Below are positions 10,403 through 18,460 of a DNA stretch of 64,000 bases, piece after piece. How positions within the stretch are numbered: the stretch's first letter is position 1; the number at the start of each line of letters is the position of its first letter. Source of the stretch: Candidatus Eiseniibacteriota bacterium (GTDB lineage: Bacteria; Eisenbacteria; RBG-16-71-46). A program made the position numbers and the translations under genes. The DNA is taken from NCBI GenBank assembly GCA_031364845.1, contig JANLWX010000018.1, forward strand, positions 12,265 through 76,264, written 5' to 3'. A model generated the notes under the pieces. The model was not told the origin of the DNA. It saw nothing but the letters and a program-made list of their open reading frames with translations, and did not search any database.

Positions 10403-10416
10403 TGCACGGACGTGCA
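10403..10416. promoter_or_regulatory. Candidate LexA operator TGCAC-GGAC-GTGCA in the lexA promoter spacer (putative -35 TTGACG 10394-10399, -10 TAGCAT 10418-10423)
   Basis: Perfect TGCNC-N4-GTGCA palindrome 61 nt upstream of the lexA ATG. It matches the LexA box I recall for Fibrobacter succinogenes (FCB group). Its position implies autoregulation. Confidence 0.5.
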
Positions 10417-10476
10417 CTAGCATTCCCGGGTGCCAGGTCCAAGAATGGACCCTCAACGTTTTGAAAGAAGGGATCT

Positions 10477-11079
10477 ATGCGGAGCGATCGAACGCGCGAG
10501 ATTTTGAGCTTCATCGAGGACTTCACGCGCGAGCGCGGATATCCGCCAACCATTCGAGAGATCGGCAAGGCGTTTTCGATCGCGTCGACGAACGGCGTTC
10601 GCTTCCACCTTCACAAGCTCGAGAAGCAGGGCATGTTGAAACGGAGCGGAAAGATCTCCCGGGGGATCGAGAGCATGCGCGCCGTGACGCCGGTGACCGG
10701 CGGAATTCCGATTCTCGGTCGCGTGGCGGCAGGTCAGCCAATCTCGGCGGACCAATCGTATGACGGCACACTCGAAATCGATGACCTCTTTGGTCGGCCC
10801 GGCGAACTGTTCGCATTGCTCGTGAAGGGTGACAGCATGATCGGCGCGGGCATCTACGAGAACGATCACGTCGTCGTGCGGCATCAGGAAACGGCGGCGG
10901 CTGGCGAAATGGTGGTGGCGCTGATCGAAGACGAAGCGACCGTCAAATATTTCCAGCCCAAGAGTGATCGCGTCGAGCTGGTCCCAGCGAATCCGAAGTA
11001 CCAGCCGATCGTCGTCCGATCCGATGAAGAGCTTCGATTGCTGGGAGTTGTTCGAGGAGTGGTTCGCGTCATCAACTGA
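10477..11079 (+). CDS. lexA: LexA repressor (SOS response)
   Basis: 200 aa; N-terminal wHTH (REILSFIEDFTRERGYPPTIREIGKAF). C-terminal S24 peptidase with AG cleavage site and Ser/Lys dyad region (VKGDSMIGAGI ... ATVKYF). Confidence 0.9.
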   Translation: MRSDRTREILSFIEDFTRERGYPPTIREIGKAFSIASTNGVRFHLHKLEKQGMLKRSGKISRGIESMRAVTPVTGGIPILGRVAAGQPISADQSYDGTLEIDDLFGRPGELFALLVKGDSMIGAGIYENDHVVVRHQETAAAGEMVVALIEDEATVKYFQPKSDRVELVPANPKYQPIVVRSDEELRLLGVVRGVVRVIN

Positions 11080-11099
11080 CCTCGATGATGAGGTCCGAG

Positions 11100-11126
11100 A
11101 ATGGGAGCTCGCGCTCCCATTTTTTC
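11100..11126 (+). terminator. Rho-independent terminator downstream of lexA
   Basis: aATGGGAGC-tcgc-GCTCCCAT followed by TTTTTT. Confidence 0.6.
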
Positions 11127-11137
11127 GCGGTATTAAC

Positions 11138-11151
11138 TGCACATACGTGCA
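11138..11151. promoter_or_regulatory. Second LexA-box-like palindrome TGCAC-ATAC-GTGCA between a TATTAA -10-like hexamer and the tnpA RBS
   Basis: Exact match to TGCNC-N4-GTGCA, 19 nt upstream of the tnpA ATG (RBS AAGGGAGG at 11157-11164). Confidence 0.45.
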
Positions 11152-11169
11152 TCGGCAAGGGAGGATGTG

Positions 11170-11631
11170 ATGGTGGACAGCAGACTGACCCCCGAAGTTA
11201 CTGAGTCACTCGCAGTGCGATGGGAACCGGTATATCGGAGTCAGCTCCACTACCTCGTCACATGGGGAACGCGGGGTCGGCGGCCGGTGCTCAAGAATCG
11301 TCACGTGCGCTCATTGCAGACGCTCGTCCAGCAACTGTGCGCGGACCGTGGATACGGACTGCTCGAAGTCGCGGCAGGTGATGATCACGTGCATGTGCTG
11401 GTCGCGATTCGACCTTCGCAGAGCATCGCGAGCGTCGTGCGCGAAATCAAAGGCCGCTCCGCCGCGACACTGCTTACGGATTTCCCCGAACTCAGAGTGT
11501 GGCTGCGCGGAAATCTCGTGTGGGACGAACGCTACTCGGTCGAGACCGTGAGCGGAGTGCGCGTCGATCGAGTGCAGAATCGGCTGCGCGCTCTGCACGG
11601 CCCTCAGGATGAGTTGGCCCGCGCGAGCTGA
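11170..11631 (+). mobile_element. tnpA: IS200/IS605-family Y1 (HuH) transposase TnpA; no tnpB partner
   Basis: 153 aa; HuH motif HVHVLVAI, conserved IKGRSA helix, catalytic Tyr in WDERYSVETV. ATG 11170 has a strong RBS. TCGATGATG-containing hairpins flank the ORF (11078-11095, 11640-11686). Confidence 0.8.
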
Positions 11632-11766
11632 TTCGCGAGGGTTCGATGATGCCTCGGTACCTCCGGGCTTTCATCGAATGATGTTTCACGAACGACACCG
11701 CGGCGCTCCTGACGCGTGGCACCCGAAAGGTGCCGCGACGCCGGAATCACGTCTTCGCCTTCGACT

Positions 11767-12684
11767 TCATGGGGCGACGCGGGGTCGTCGTGAAAGACCG
11801 GTTCCATAGGACGCGAGCGCGGCGGCGAGGAGCACGAGCAATGCGCCGAGCCATTGAATCGCCGCCAGGCCTTCGCCGAGGGCGATCCATGCTGCTACCA
11901 CGGCGACCACGGGCTCGAGGGTCGCGAGAATGCCGGCTTCAGCGGCAGGCATGCGGCGCAGTCCGGCATAGAAGAGCGCGAACGGGATGAGAGCCGAAGT
12001 TACCGCGAGAAGCAGGAACACACCCCACATCGAGGCGTCGTAGCCGGCCGCGGCGATGCGCCATGGCGGTGTGACGATCGCCCACACCAGCCCCGCGACC
12101 AGGAACGTGTAGAAGAGGATCGTCTCGGGTGCGTAGCGCGCGAGAATTCGTTTCGAGTAGACGATGTAGAAGGCGAATGTGAAAGCGGTGCTGAAGCTGA
12201 TCGCCCAGTCGATCGGACGCGCGCGATCGAGTTGCGCGCCGTTGTTGCCGACCAGGAGCGCCGTGCCGACCATTGCCGCGGCCAGCGTGATGACAATGCG
12301 GCGGGTGAGGCGTGCGCCTCGCAGCAGTTCCCACAGCACGATCAACGAGGGAGCGAGGTACTGGATCAGGATCGCGAGTCCGACGCCGAGGACCGAAATC
12401 GAATGGTAGTAGCCACCCTGTATCGCGGCGACCCCGAGGACTCCGAGCAGCGCGAACGGTCCCCAGTCTCGCCGGTCGACCACGAGCGTTCGCGGGCGAC
12501 TCGATGCCATCCATACACCGAGGATCAAGGTCGAGAGCACGAGCCGCATCTCGACGATCGTCAGGGGTGGAATGTCGCGTTCGCGAAACATGAATCGAGC
12601 AAGGGTCGCCGAGGCGCCCCAGAACACCGTGGCCCCGAACACCATGAGGCGTCCGCGCGCGTGCTCGGTCGTAGAATCCTTCAT
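11767..12684 (-). CDS. EamA/DMT-family transporter
   Basis: Internal ATG 12684 (MKDSTTEH) followed by 10 predicted TM helices. Immediately downstream of the protease gene (4-nt gap). Confidence 0.7.
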   Translation of the reverse strand: MKDSTTEHARGRLMVFGATVFWGASATLARFMFRERDIPPLTIVEMRLVLSTLILGVWMASSRPRTLVVDRRDWGPFALLGVLGVAAIQGGYYHSISVLGVGLAILIQYLAPSLIVLWELLRGARLTRRIVITLAAAMVGTALLVGNNGAQLDRARPIDWAISFSTAFTFAFYIVYSKRILARYAPETILFYTFLVAGLVWAIVTPPWRIAAAGYDASMWGVFLLLAVTSALIPFALFYAGLRRMPAAEAGILATLEPVVAVVAAWIALGEGLAAIQWLGALLVLLAAALASYGTGLSRRPRVAP

Positions 12685-12688
12685 GAAC

Positions 12689-14380
12689 TCAAAGCAGCCG
12701 TCGCCGCTGCAGACGGACGGTACGCACGGCATCGCCGCGGCGCACTCGGAGAACCACGCGGCTCCCGGCCGGTCCTTCGAGACGGCGCGAGGCGCCGATG
12801 ACATCGAGCATGGTCGCGGGCGTCGCGTCGATCGCCACCAGTTCGTCGGCTCTTTCGATCCCGGCTAGTGCCGCCGGAGATCCGGCGGCAACGCCGACGA
12901 TGCTCAGGGCAGTGCCGCGCCGTTCGAGCTGCAGGCCGACGTGTGTGTATTCGTTCGGGCGTTCGTCCACTGTGTGCGGGATCGATTCCAACCACAGCAC
13001 CTGATGGGGATAGTCGATCACGACTCGGAACCGCCGCAGGAACGAATAGCCCAGCAGGCCGTGCACCGGCTCGCCGACGTCGGCAGAGAGTGCGGATGCG
13101 AGCGGGCTCTCGATGATCGCCGCATCCATATCGCGCGTCGATACGCCGGCGGAGTCCGTGAGGATCTCGATCTTGGGCAACCGTGCGATCCGCGCCTCCG
13201 CCGAACCCACGAGCGTGGGGGCGGTCAGGCCACGCAACGATGGCCAGCCATCGAACTGCGGAGCTATCTCGGCGAGCGAGGGTCCGAACAAGGCGGTCTT
13301 GGTCGCGCCGGTGTCGACGATGAGCGTCAGCGTGTCGCTCATCGATGCGATGTTGGGATTGGCCACGCGCGCGGCAACCAGGATCTTGTCATCGCCGCGA
13401 AGTCGGAAGGGAACCGCGCGAGCGCCGCCATGCAGCGCATCACCTAGAGCCGACCGCGAAGCTTCGACGCGCGATTGCCGGTGTGCCAGTGAGCCATCGC
13501 CACTTCGAATGTGGGATTCACTGGCAACGCGATCGACAGGCTGCGAGGTTGCGGAGTTCGAACCATCGTCCGTTGAATCGTTGACGGGAATGAGGCCGAG
13601 TTCGTCTCGGCGATAGTCGATCACCAACGCGTAGGCCGTGAGCGGATGCGCACCCAGCAGGCCGAACACAGGCCGGTCGGTGACCTGCCGGATGATGCTC
13701 CCGTCAATCGTGAGAACCGGAGACACTTGATCGAACTGAAGGCCACCGATCTCGAGCCGGGGCAACGGGCGATCGGAGATTCCGATTGCCGCCGGCGCCG
13801 CGCCGTCCATTCCACTGCCATTGGGAATCTTCGCGTCGCTATTTTTGATCCCGATCTCGCGAGCGAACGACGCGTCCAGGGCAACGTATCCGGCACCGCT
13901 GTCCAACACGAACAACCCGGTCGTGTCACGACCGTCCGATCTCCGGACCGTGGCGCGGAGCATGATGATTCCTTCCATGTTCTCGATGGGCACGATCGTC
14001 GCGCTGGATCTCCATTGCGCGTTCTGGGCAATAGCGTTGCGCCGTTTCGCCGCGGAGCGTCGAGCTGTCTCCGCATGACTGCGATTTCGTGGCGTGGAGG
14101 CAGATCCCGGCGCGGCCTTTGATCCCTCGGCAGAGTGCGCGCCCTGAGGACTCACGGGTGCGTTCTGCGTCGCCGGATGAGTGCCAGCCCCTGCGCGCGC
14201 TGTGGCGTCGAGCCCGGGGCCTGAGAAGAGGAGGAACAACGCCCCGGACACCGCGACGGTCCAGTGCAGATCTCGAATCCGGACCGTGGAACTAGCCCCG
14301 GGTGCGAAGGAGATCGCCACCCATCTCGACGGCTTCGGAGCCGTTCTCGAGCATGGTGCACCGGCCGGTAAAGTGAACAC
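12689..14380 (-). CDS. Secreted tandem retropepsin-like aspartic protease (two A2-like domains: DSGAG, DTGAT) with C-terminal PDZ domain
   Basis: FVLDSGAGYVALD and IVDTGATKTALF catalytic motifs. C-terminal PDZ (GLQLERRGTALSIVGVAAGSPAALAGI). The 5' end overlaps bactofilin by 88 nt in the track, so the true start is probably further downstream (~14284-14320). Confidence 0.65.
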   Translation of the reverse strand: MFTLPAGAPCSRTAPKPSRWVAISFAPGASSTVRIRDLHWTVAVSGALFLLFSGPGLDATARAGAGTHPATQNAPVSPQGAHSAEGSKAAPGSASTPRNRSHAETARRSAAKRRNAIAQNAQWRSSATIVPIENMEGIIMLRATVRRSDGRDTTGLFVLDSGAGYVALDASFAREIGIKNSDAKIPNGSGMDGAAPAAIGISDRPLPRLEIGGLQFDQVSPVLTIDGSIIRQVTDRPVFGLLGAHPLTAYALVIDYRRDELGLIPVNDSTDDGSNSATSQPVDRVASESHIRSGDGSLAHRQSRVEASRSALGDALHGGARAVPFRLRGDDKILVAARVANPNIASMSDTLTLIVDTGATKTALFGPSLAEIAPQFDGWPSLRGLTAPTLVGSAEARIARLPKIEILTDSAGVSTRDMDAAIIESPLASALSADVGEPVHGLLGYSFLRRFRVVIDYPHQVLWLESIPHTVDERPNEYTHVGLQLERRGTALSIVGVAAGSPAALAGIERADELVAIDATPATMLDVIGASRRLEGPAGSRVVLRVRRGDAVRTVRLQRRRLL

Positions 14381-14720
14381 CTGGCTCCATCACCACGCTC
14401 ATGGCTGCAACGTCACCTTCAACGCGAGCGCCAGCCTTCAGTTCGAGAATTCCAAGCGCGCGAACGTTACCGTAAATGCGGCCCTCGATCACGGCTTCCT
14501 TGACCTCGATATCGGCACGCATGACGCCATGTTCTCCGATTTCAAGACGTTCGCAGTTAAGAACGTCGCCTTCGAGTTCGCCTTCGATTCGCAGCGTGCC
14601 GGAAACCATGAGAGTTCCACGGAAGCTGGACCCAATCCCGATCGTCGTATTGGGCATCGTCGGCGCGTCGGGGGTGCCGGCCTTGGACAGGAATCTCATC
14701 GCCATCTCCTCCATGAACAC
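14292..14720 (-). CDS. Bactofilin (DUF583 beta-helical cytoskeletal protein)
   Basis: 142 aa; repeated hydrophobic beta-helix rungs (GTLRIEGELEGDV...GRIYGNVRALG...GARVEGDV). Confidence 0.8.
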   Translation of the reverse strand: MFMEEMAMRFLSKAGTPDAPTMPNTTIGIGSSFRGTLMVSGTLRIEGELEGDVLNCERLEIGEHGVMRADIEVKEAVIEGRIYGNVRALGILELKAGARVEGDVAAMSVVMEPGVHFTGRCTMLENGSEAVEMGGDLLRTRG

Positions 14721-14874
14721 CAGGCGACTGCTGCGCGCGACATCACGCGCGATGTCTGACGCGCGGACTAATCAGTAGTGTGAAATGTGAACGTGACTCA
14801 CTTGGATCAACGGCCGTTCGATGATCACCATCTCTCGTCGGTCCGCCGACTTTTTCGCCACGATTGGGTTTGCG

Positions 14875-15735
14875 CTAGAGAACGGCCCAGGCTTCGAGCA
14901 AGCGCTCGAGATCCTCATCTCCGTAGAACTCGAACTCCACCTTGCCACCCTTGCGCCCGCGCCGGATCGCCACGTGAGTGCCGAACTTCTGCTGAAGCTT
15001 CGTTTCCCACTCTCCGAGTCCCTGGGCTCGGCTCGCGGAAGGTCGCGTGGTGGCGCGCCGCAGCTTCCGCCGTATGTAAGCTTCGGTGCGGCGGACCGAG
15101 AAACCTTTCGCGTGCACGTACCGTGCGGCGGCAAGCATTTCTCCAGAACTCTCTAGACTCAATAGTGATCTGGCGTGTCCAGCCGTCAATGTTTCACGTG
15201 AAACCATGTCCTGGACTTCGACGGGCAGCGTGAGCAACCGGAGCATGTTGGTGATCGATGCGCGCTGCTTGCCAACCCGATCCGAAATCTGATCGTGCGT
15301 CAGCCCCGCATTTGTGCTGAGGGAGAGATAGGCTTTCGCCTCTTCAATCGGATTGAGATTCTCGCGCTGGATGTTCTCGACCAGCGACATCTCGATCATC
15401 TCGCGATCGGTGACGTCCCTGATGACGGCAGGGATCTTCGTGAGGCCCGCGGCCCGTGTAGCGCGCAGACGGCGCTCGCCGGCAACCAGCTCGTACCCAT
15501 CCGCGGCCGCCCGGCGCACCAGAACCGGCTGGAGGACTCCGCTGGTCTTGATCGAAGCCGCCAGTTCCCTGATCGCCTCGTCATCGAAGACGGTGCGGGG
15601 CTGATGAGGATTGGGCGCGATATCGTCGATATCTAATTCGACCGAACCGTTCGATCGAGCTTCGGCGATCGCGGTGGCCGAGGAGGAACCGGGGATCAAC
15701 GCGTCGAGACCTCTACCTAATACTTTCCTGTGCAT
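14875..15735 (-). CDS. parB: ParB/Spo0J chromosome partitioning protein
   Basis: ParB box GERRLRA, HTH and C-terminal dimerisation region. Start at internal ATG 15735 ([14 protein letters not shown]), overlapping the parA stop. Confidence 0.9.
   Translation of the reverse strand: MHRKVLGRGLDALIPGSSSATAIAEARSNGSVELDIDDIAPNPHQPRTVFDDEAIRELAASIKTSGVLQPVLVRRAAADGYELVAGERRLRATRAAGLTKIPAVIRDVTDREMIEMSLVENIQRENLNPIEEAKAYLSLSTNAGLTHDQISDRVGKQRASITNMLRLLTLPVEVQDMVSRETLTAGHARSLLSLESSGEMLAAARYVHAKGFSVRRTEAYIRRKLRRATTRPSASRAQGLGEWETKLQQKFGTHVAIRRGRKGGKVEFEFYGDEDLERLLEAWAVL
15190..15205. promoter_or_regulatory. parS-like site TGTTTCACGTGAAACC inside parB
   Basis: 15/16 match to the consensus parS TGTTTCACGTGAAACA. 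Confidence 0.6.
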
Positions 15736-16489
15736 GCTCCAGGACCTCCCGCGCCAGATCGCGATAGCTGTCGGCGCCCGTACTATTGGGGTCGTAAAGA
15801 ACGATCGGCTTGCCAAACGAAGGGGCTTCGCTGAGTCGTACGTTCCGCGGAATGACGCTGCGATAGACCCGTTCAGCAAAGAATTTGCGTGCTTCGGCGG
15901 CAACCTGTTGAGATAGATTGAGCCGTGCGTCGAACATGGTCAGGAGGACGCCTTCGATGCGAAGACCCGGATTCAGATGATCCTGCACCAGACGAATGGC
16001 CCCGATCAGCTGACTCAGGCCTTCCAGGGCAAGGTACTCGCACTGAAGTGGAATCAAGACCGAGTCCGACGCCGTGAGGGCATTCACAGTCAGGAGCCCC
16101 AGAGATGGCGGGGTGTCGAGGAAGATGTAGTCGTAGGAATCGCGCACCGTCGCGATGGCGTTCTTGAGCCGCGCTTCACGGCCGAGCATGCTGACGAGCT
16201 CGATCTCGGCTCCGGATAGCCGCTGCCCGGCGGGGACGAGATCCAGATTTGCCAGGGCCGTGGTCCGCGTGGCCGTCTTCATGTCCGCGGCACCGATCAA
16301 GACCTCGTAGACGCTCGACGCCACGTCGTTGCCATTCACACCGAGGCCGCTGCTGGCGCTGCCCTGGGGATCGACGTCGATGAGCAGCACGCGCTGGCTC
16401 TCCTGCGCAAGGCAGGCCGCCAGATTGATCGCTGTCGTGGTTTTTCCGACGCCGCCCTTCTGACTGGCGACTGAAATTACTCTACCCAT
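15713..16489 (-). CDS. parA: ParA/Soj partitioning ATPase
   Basis: Deviant Walker A KGGVGKTT at the N-terminus; 258 aa. Confidence 0.9.
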   Translation of the reverse strand: MGRVISVASQKGGVGKTTTAINLAACLAQESQRVLLIDVDPQGSASSGLGVNGNDVASSVYEVLIGAADMKTATRTTALANLDLVPAGQRLSGAEIELVSMLGREARLKNAIATVRDSYDYIFLDTPPSLGLLTVNALTASDSVLIPLQCEYLALEGLSQLIGAIRLVQDHLNPGLRIEGVLLTMFDARLNLSQQVAAEARKFFAERVYRSVIPRNVRLSEAPSFGKPIVLYDPNSTGADSYRDLAREVLEHAQESIR

Positions 16490-16582
16490 TCCTTGAGCCT
16501 GACCTCGGGAGAGGACTTCCCTATTCGTCGGGGCGACGAGGGACGAACACTACCAACTCGTCGTCTGAATGCACAACAACAA

Positions 16583-16598
16583 TGTTTCACGGGAAACA
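16583..16598. promoter_or_regulatory. parS-like site TGTTTCACGGGAAACA upstream of parA
   Basis: 15/16 match to consensus parS; part of the longer palindrome AATGTTTCACGGGAAACATT. Confidence 0.6.
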
Positions 16599-16618
16599 TT
16601 GTCGTCGAATGTGTTCAA

Positions 16619-17338
16619 CTAGCTCTTACGTTTGAAGATCGCAACCGCAGTGTGCTCGTCGCCCACGGTGAGCGTTCGATCAAGATCCCACGCAAGGTTC
16701 CACGCAGAGTCTTCACCGAGCTCTTCACTGCGGCCGCTGCCCTTCCACAGAAACGCCGAACCATCCTTCTGGACAAGAGCTTCCGCAAGTTCAAGTGTCG
16801 GGGCAAGCTTCATGGTCGCGCGCGAGGTGAAACCTTCGATATCCCGGGCGCCTTCGCGCTCTTCCACGAACGCTTCGAGTCGCCCGTGATAGACCTCGAG
16901 ATGTGGCATTTCAAGCTCTTGAATCGCCTTCCGCATGAACAGTGTCTTCGGTCGGCGGGACTCAACCAGGGTCCAGTGCCCACCAACTCCGAGAATGGCG
17001 AGCGGAATCGCCGGAAAACCCGCCCCTGAGCCGAAGTCCAGCCAGCGCGTCGCTCCCGACGCCTTGAGTTCGTGGGCGCACTCCACCGACTCTCGAATGT
17101 GCCGCGTCACGATTCGCGCTTCATCGTTGCGTGAGATCAGGTTCGAAACGCTTCGGTTCCACTCGATCGCGAGCTGGGTGAACTTCTTGAGTCGCGCAAT
17201 CGTGGGCTCGACATCCGCACCGCTCTTCGCGATGTGAGGGATCAGGTCTTCCCACGGCTGCCGAGCAAGGATGTTGGGGACCGGCCCGATCCGTTCGAGA
17301 CTGCGCCGAACTCGTGGACCTTGAACCCGGTCACGCAC
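16619..17338 (-). CDS. rsmG: 16S rRNA m7G527 methyltransferase RsmG (GidB); the ORF stays open a further ~310 codons upstream to 18265
   Basis: The C-terminal 230 aa align to RsmG (IEWNRSVSNLISR..., LDFGSGAGFPAIPLAI). A GTG at 17338 is the nearest plausible start. The extension encodes EGRPAR hexapeptide repeats. Confidence 0.7.
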   Translation of the reverse strand: MRDRVQGPRVRRSLERIGPVPNILARQPWEDLIPHIAKSGADVEPTIARLKKFTQLAIEWNRSVSNLISRNDEARIVTRHIRESVECAHELKASGATRWLDFGSGAGFPAIPLAILGVGGHWTLVESRRPKTLFMRKAIQELEMPHLEVYHGRLEAFVEEREGARDIEGFTSRATMKLAPTLELAEALVQKDGSAFLWKGSGRSEELGEDSAWNLAWDLDRTLTVGDEHTAVAIFKRKS

Positions 17339-17925
17339 ATAACCACCTGAGGGACGGCTCACCGCCCGGGCGCCATGAGCGGTCGGCGACTTGCGACGGG
17401 GACCGGAAGCCGGCGTCGAGGCACCGCCCGACGCAGGGCGAACGTCACGGCGCTGGCCGGGCTTGGTCCGACTGGAGAGCCGCGGCGACGGCGTGCCCTG
17501 CGCACGAGGCCCCCGATCAGTCGCGGGCCTCGCGTCACGCCCCCACGATCGAGCCCGGCGCTGGCCGCCCTCGCGACGCGTTTCACCAGGGCCGGGCTTT
17601 GAATCATCCGTCCGCCACGGTCCACCGAGACGCGGTTGACCGGCGCGATGGGAAGCGGGACGAGCGTTGGAAGTGCCTTCGCTGCTTGGCTTTCGGTCGG
17701 AACGCCACAGTGGTTTCCGGCGCGCATCGGGTTCTCTTCGAGCACCGCGCCGGGGGTCACGCGACAGTTCGGCACCCGATCCCGGCGTCTCGCTCCCGCC
17801 ACGCTGGGCCGGTTCTGCCGGACGACGGGGACCCGAAGATTCCGGACCGCTTGCGCGTCCGGATTCGGAGCGTCCCGGGCGGCCTCGATCGCCTCCTGCT
17901 CCACGTCCCGCGAAACCGCCCCGCG

Positions 17926-18123
17926 AACCTTCGCGCGAAGCTCCTTCGCGAACGGGGCGCCCTTCGCGGCCAGATCCGCCTTCGCGGCGGGGTCCGCCTT
18001 CGCGAGCGGGTCGGCCTTCGCCGCCGGGCCTGCCTTCGCGAGCCGGTCGCCCTTCGCGTACACGTCCGCCTTCGCCATCCGCTCGACCTTCACGGGCGGG
18101 GCGGCCTTCGCCAACCGGCCGAG
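17926..18123. repeat. About 11 tandem copies of an 18-bp unit TTCGCGNNCGGGTCNGCC
   Basis: Read directly from sequence; all three minus-strand frames stay open through it. Confidence 0.7.
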
Positions 18124-18460
18124 CGGTGGGTCGACTGAAGGTGTCTCTCGAGCGCGCAGGACGATCGGAAGTGGTGCCGGTTCCAGCATCGCGCCGAGGT
18201 CCTCGCGAATCGGAGCGCGGTCGCTGCGGGCGTGACGTCGGGCGACGGTTCTCGGGTGGGGTCATGGCCGCACACTAGCACGGGAGCGCCATCGATGGGC
18301 ATCGTGCAATTGGAGTCTGTCGACGTATTCGTAACTGCTTAGGTTGTGTGGCGAAGATTGTTGCGGGGTCGAAATTCCCCGTGGCCCACGTTGTTCTGCA
18401 ATCTCTTACGCGACCCCTGATGCCACAAATCGGGCCTGCAACAATCTTCGCCGCAGGCCG

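Noticed and set aside
10030-10464. 144-aa ORF in the lexA upstream intergenic region
   Set aside because: No RBS. It overlaps the promoter and operator elements and has no coding-like composition, so it is most likely non-coding regulatory DNA.
17359-18189. 276-aa minus-strand ORF with AKADP/LAKAGP repeats
   Set aside because: An alternative frame through the same 18-bp tandem repeat. The rest of the ORF has no protein-like features. It cannot be excluded but is less parsimonious than the rsmG-frame reading.
18364-18390. tRNA-like T-arm (CGGGG-TCGAAATT-CCCCG followed by TGGCCCAC)
   Set aside because: No complementary 5' acceptor strand, D-arm or anticodon arm at the expected distances, and the loop is 8 nt rather than 7. 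Interpreted instead as part of the inverted-repeat element.
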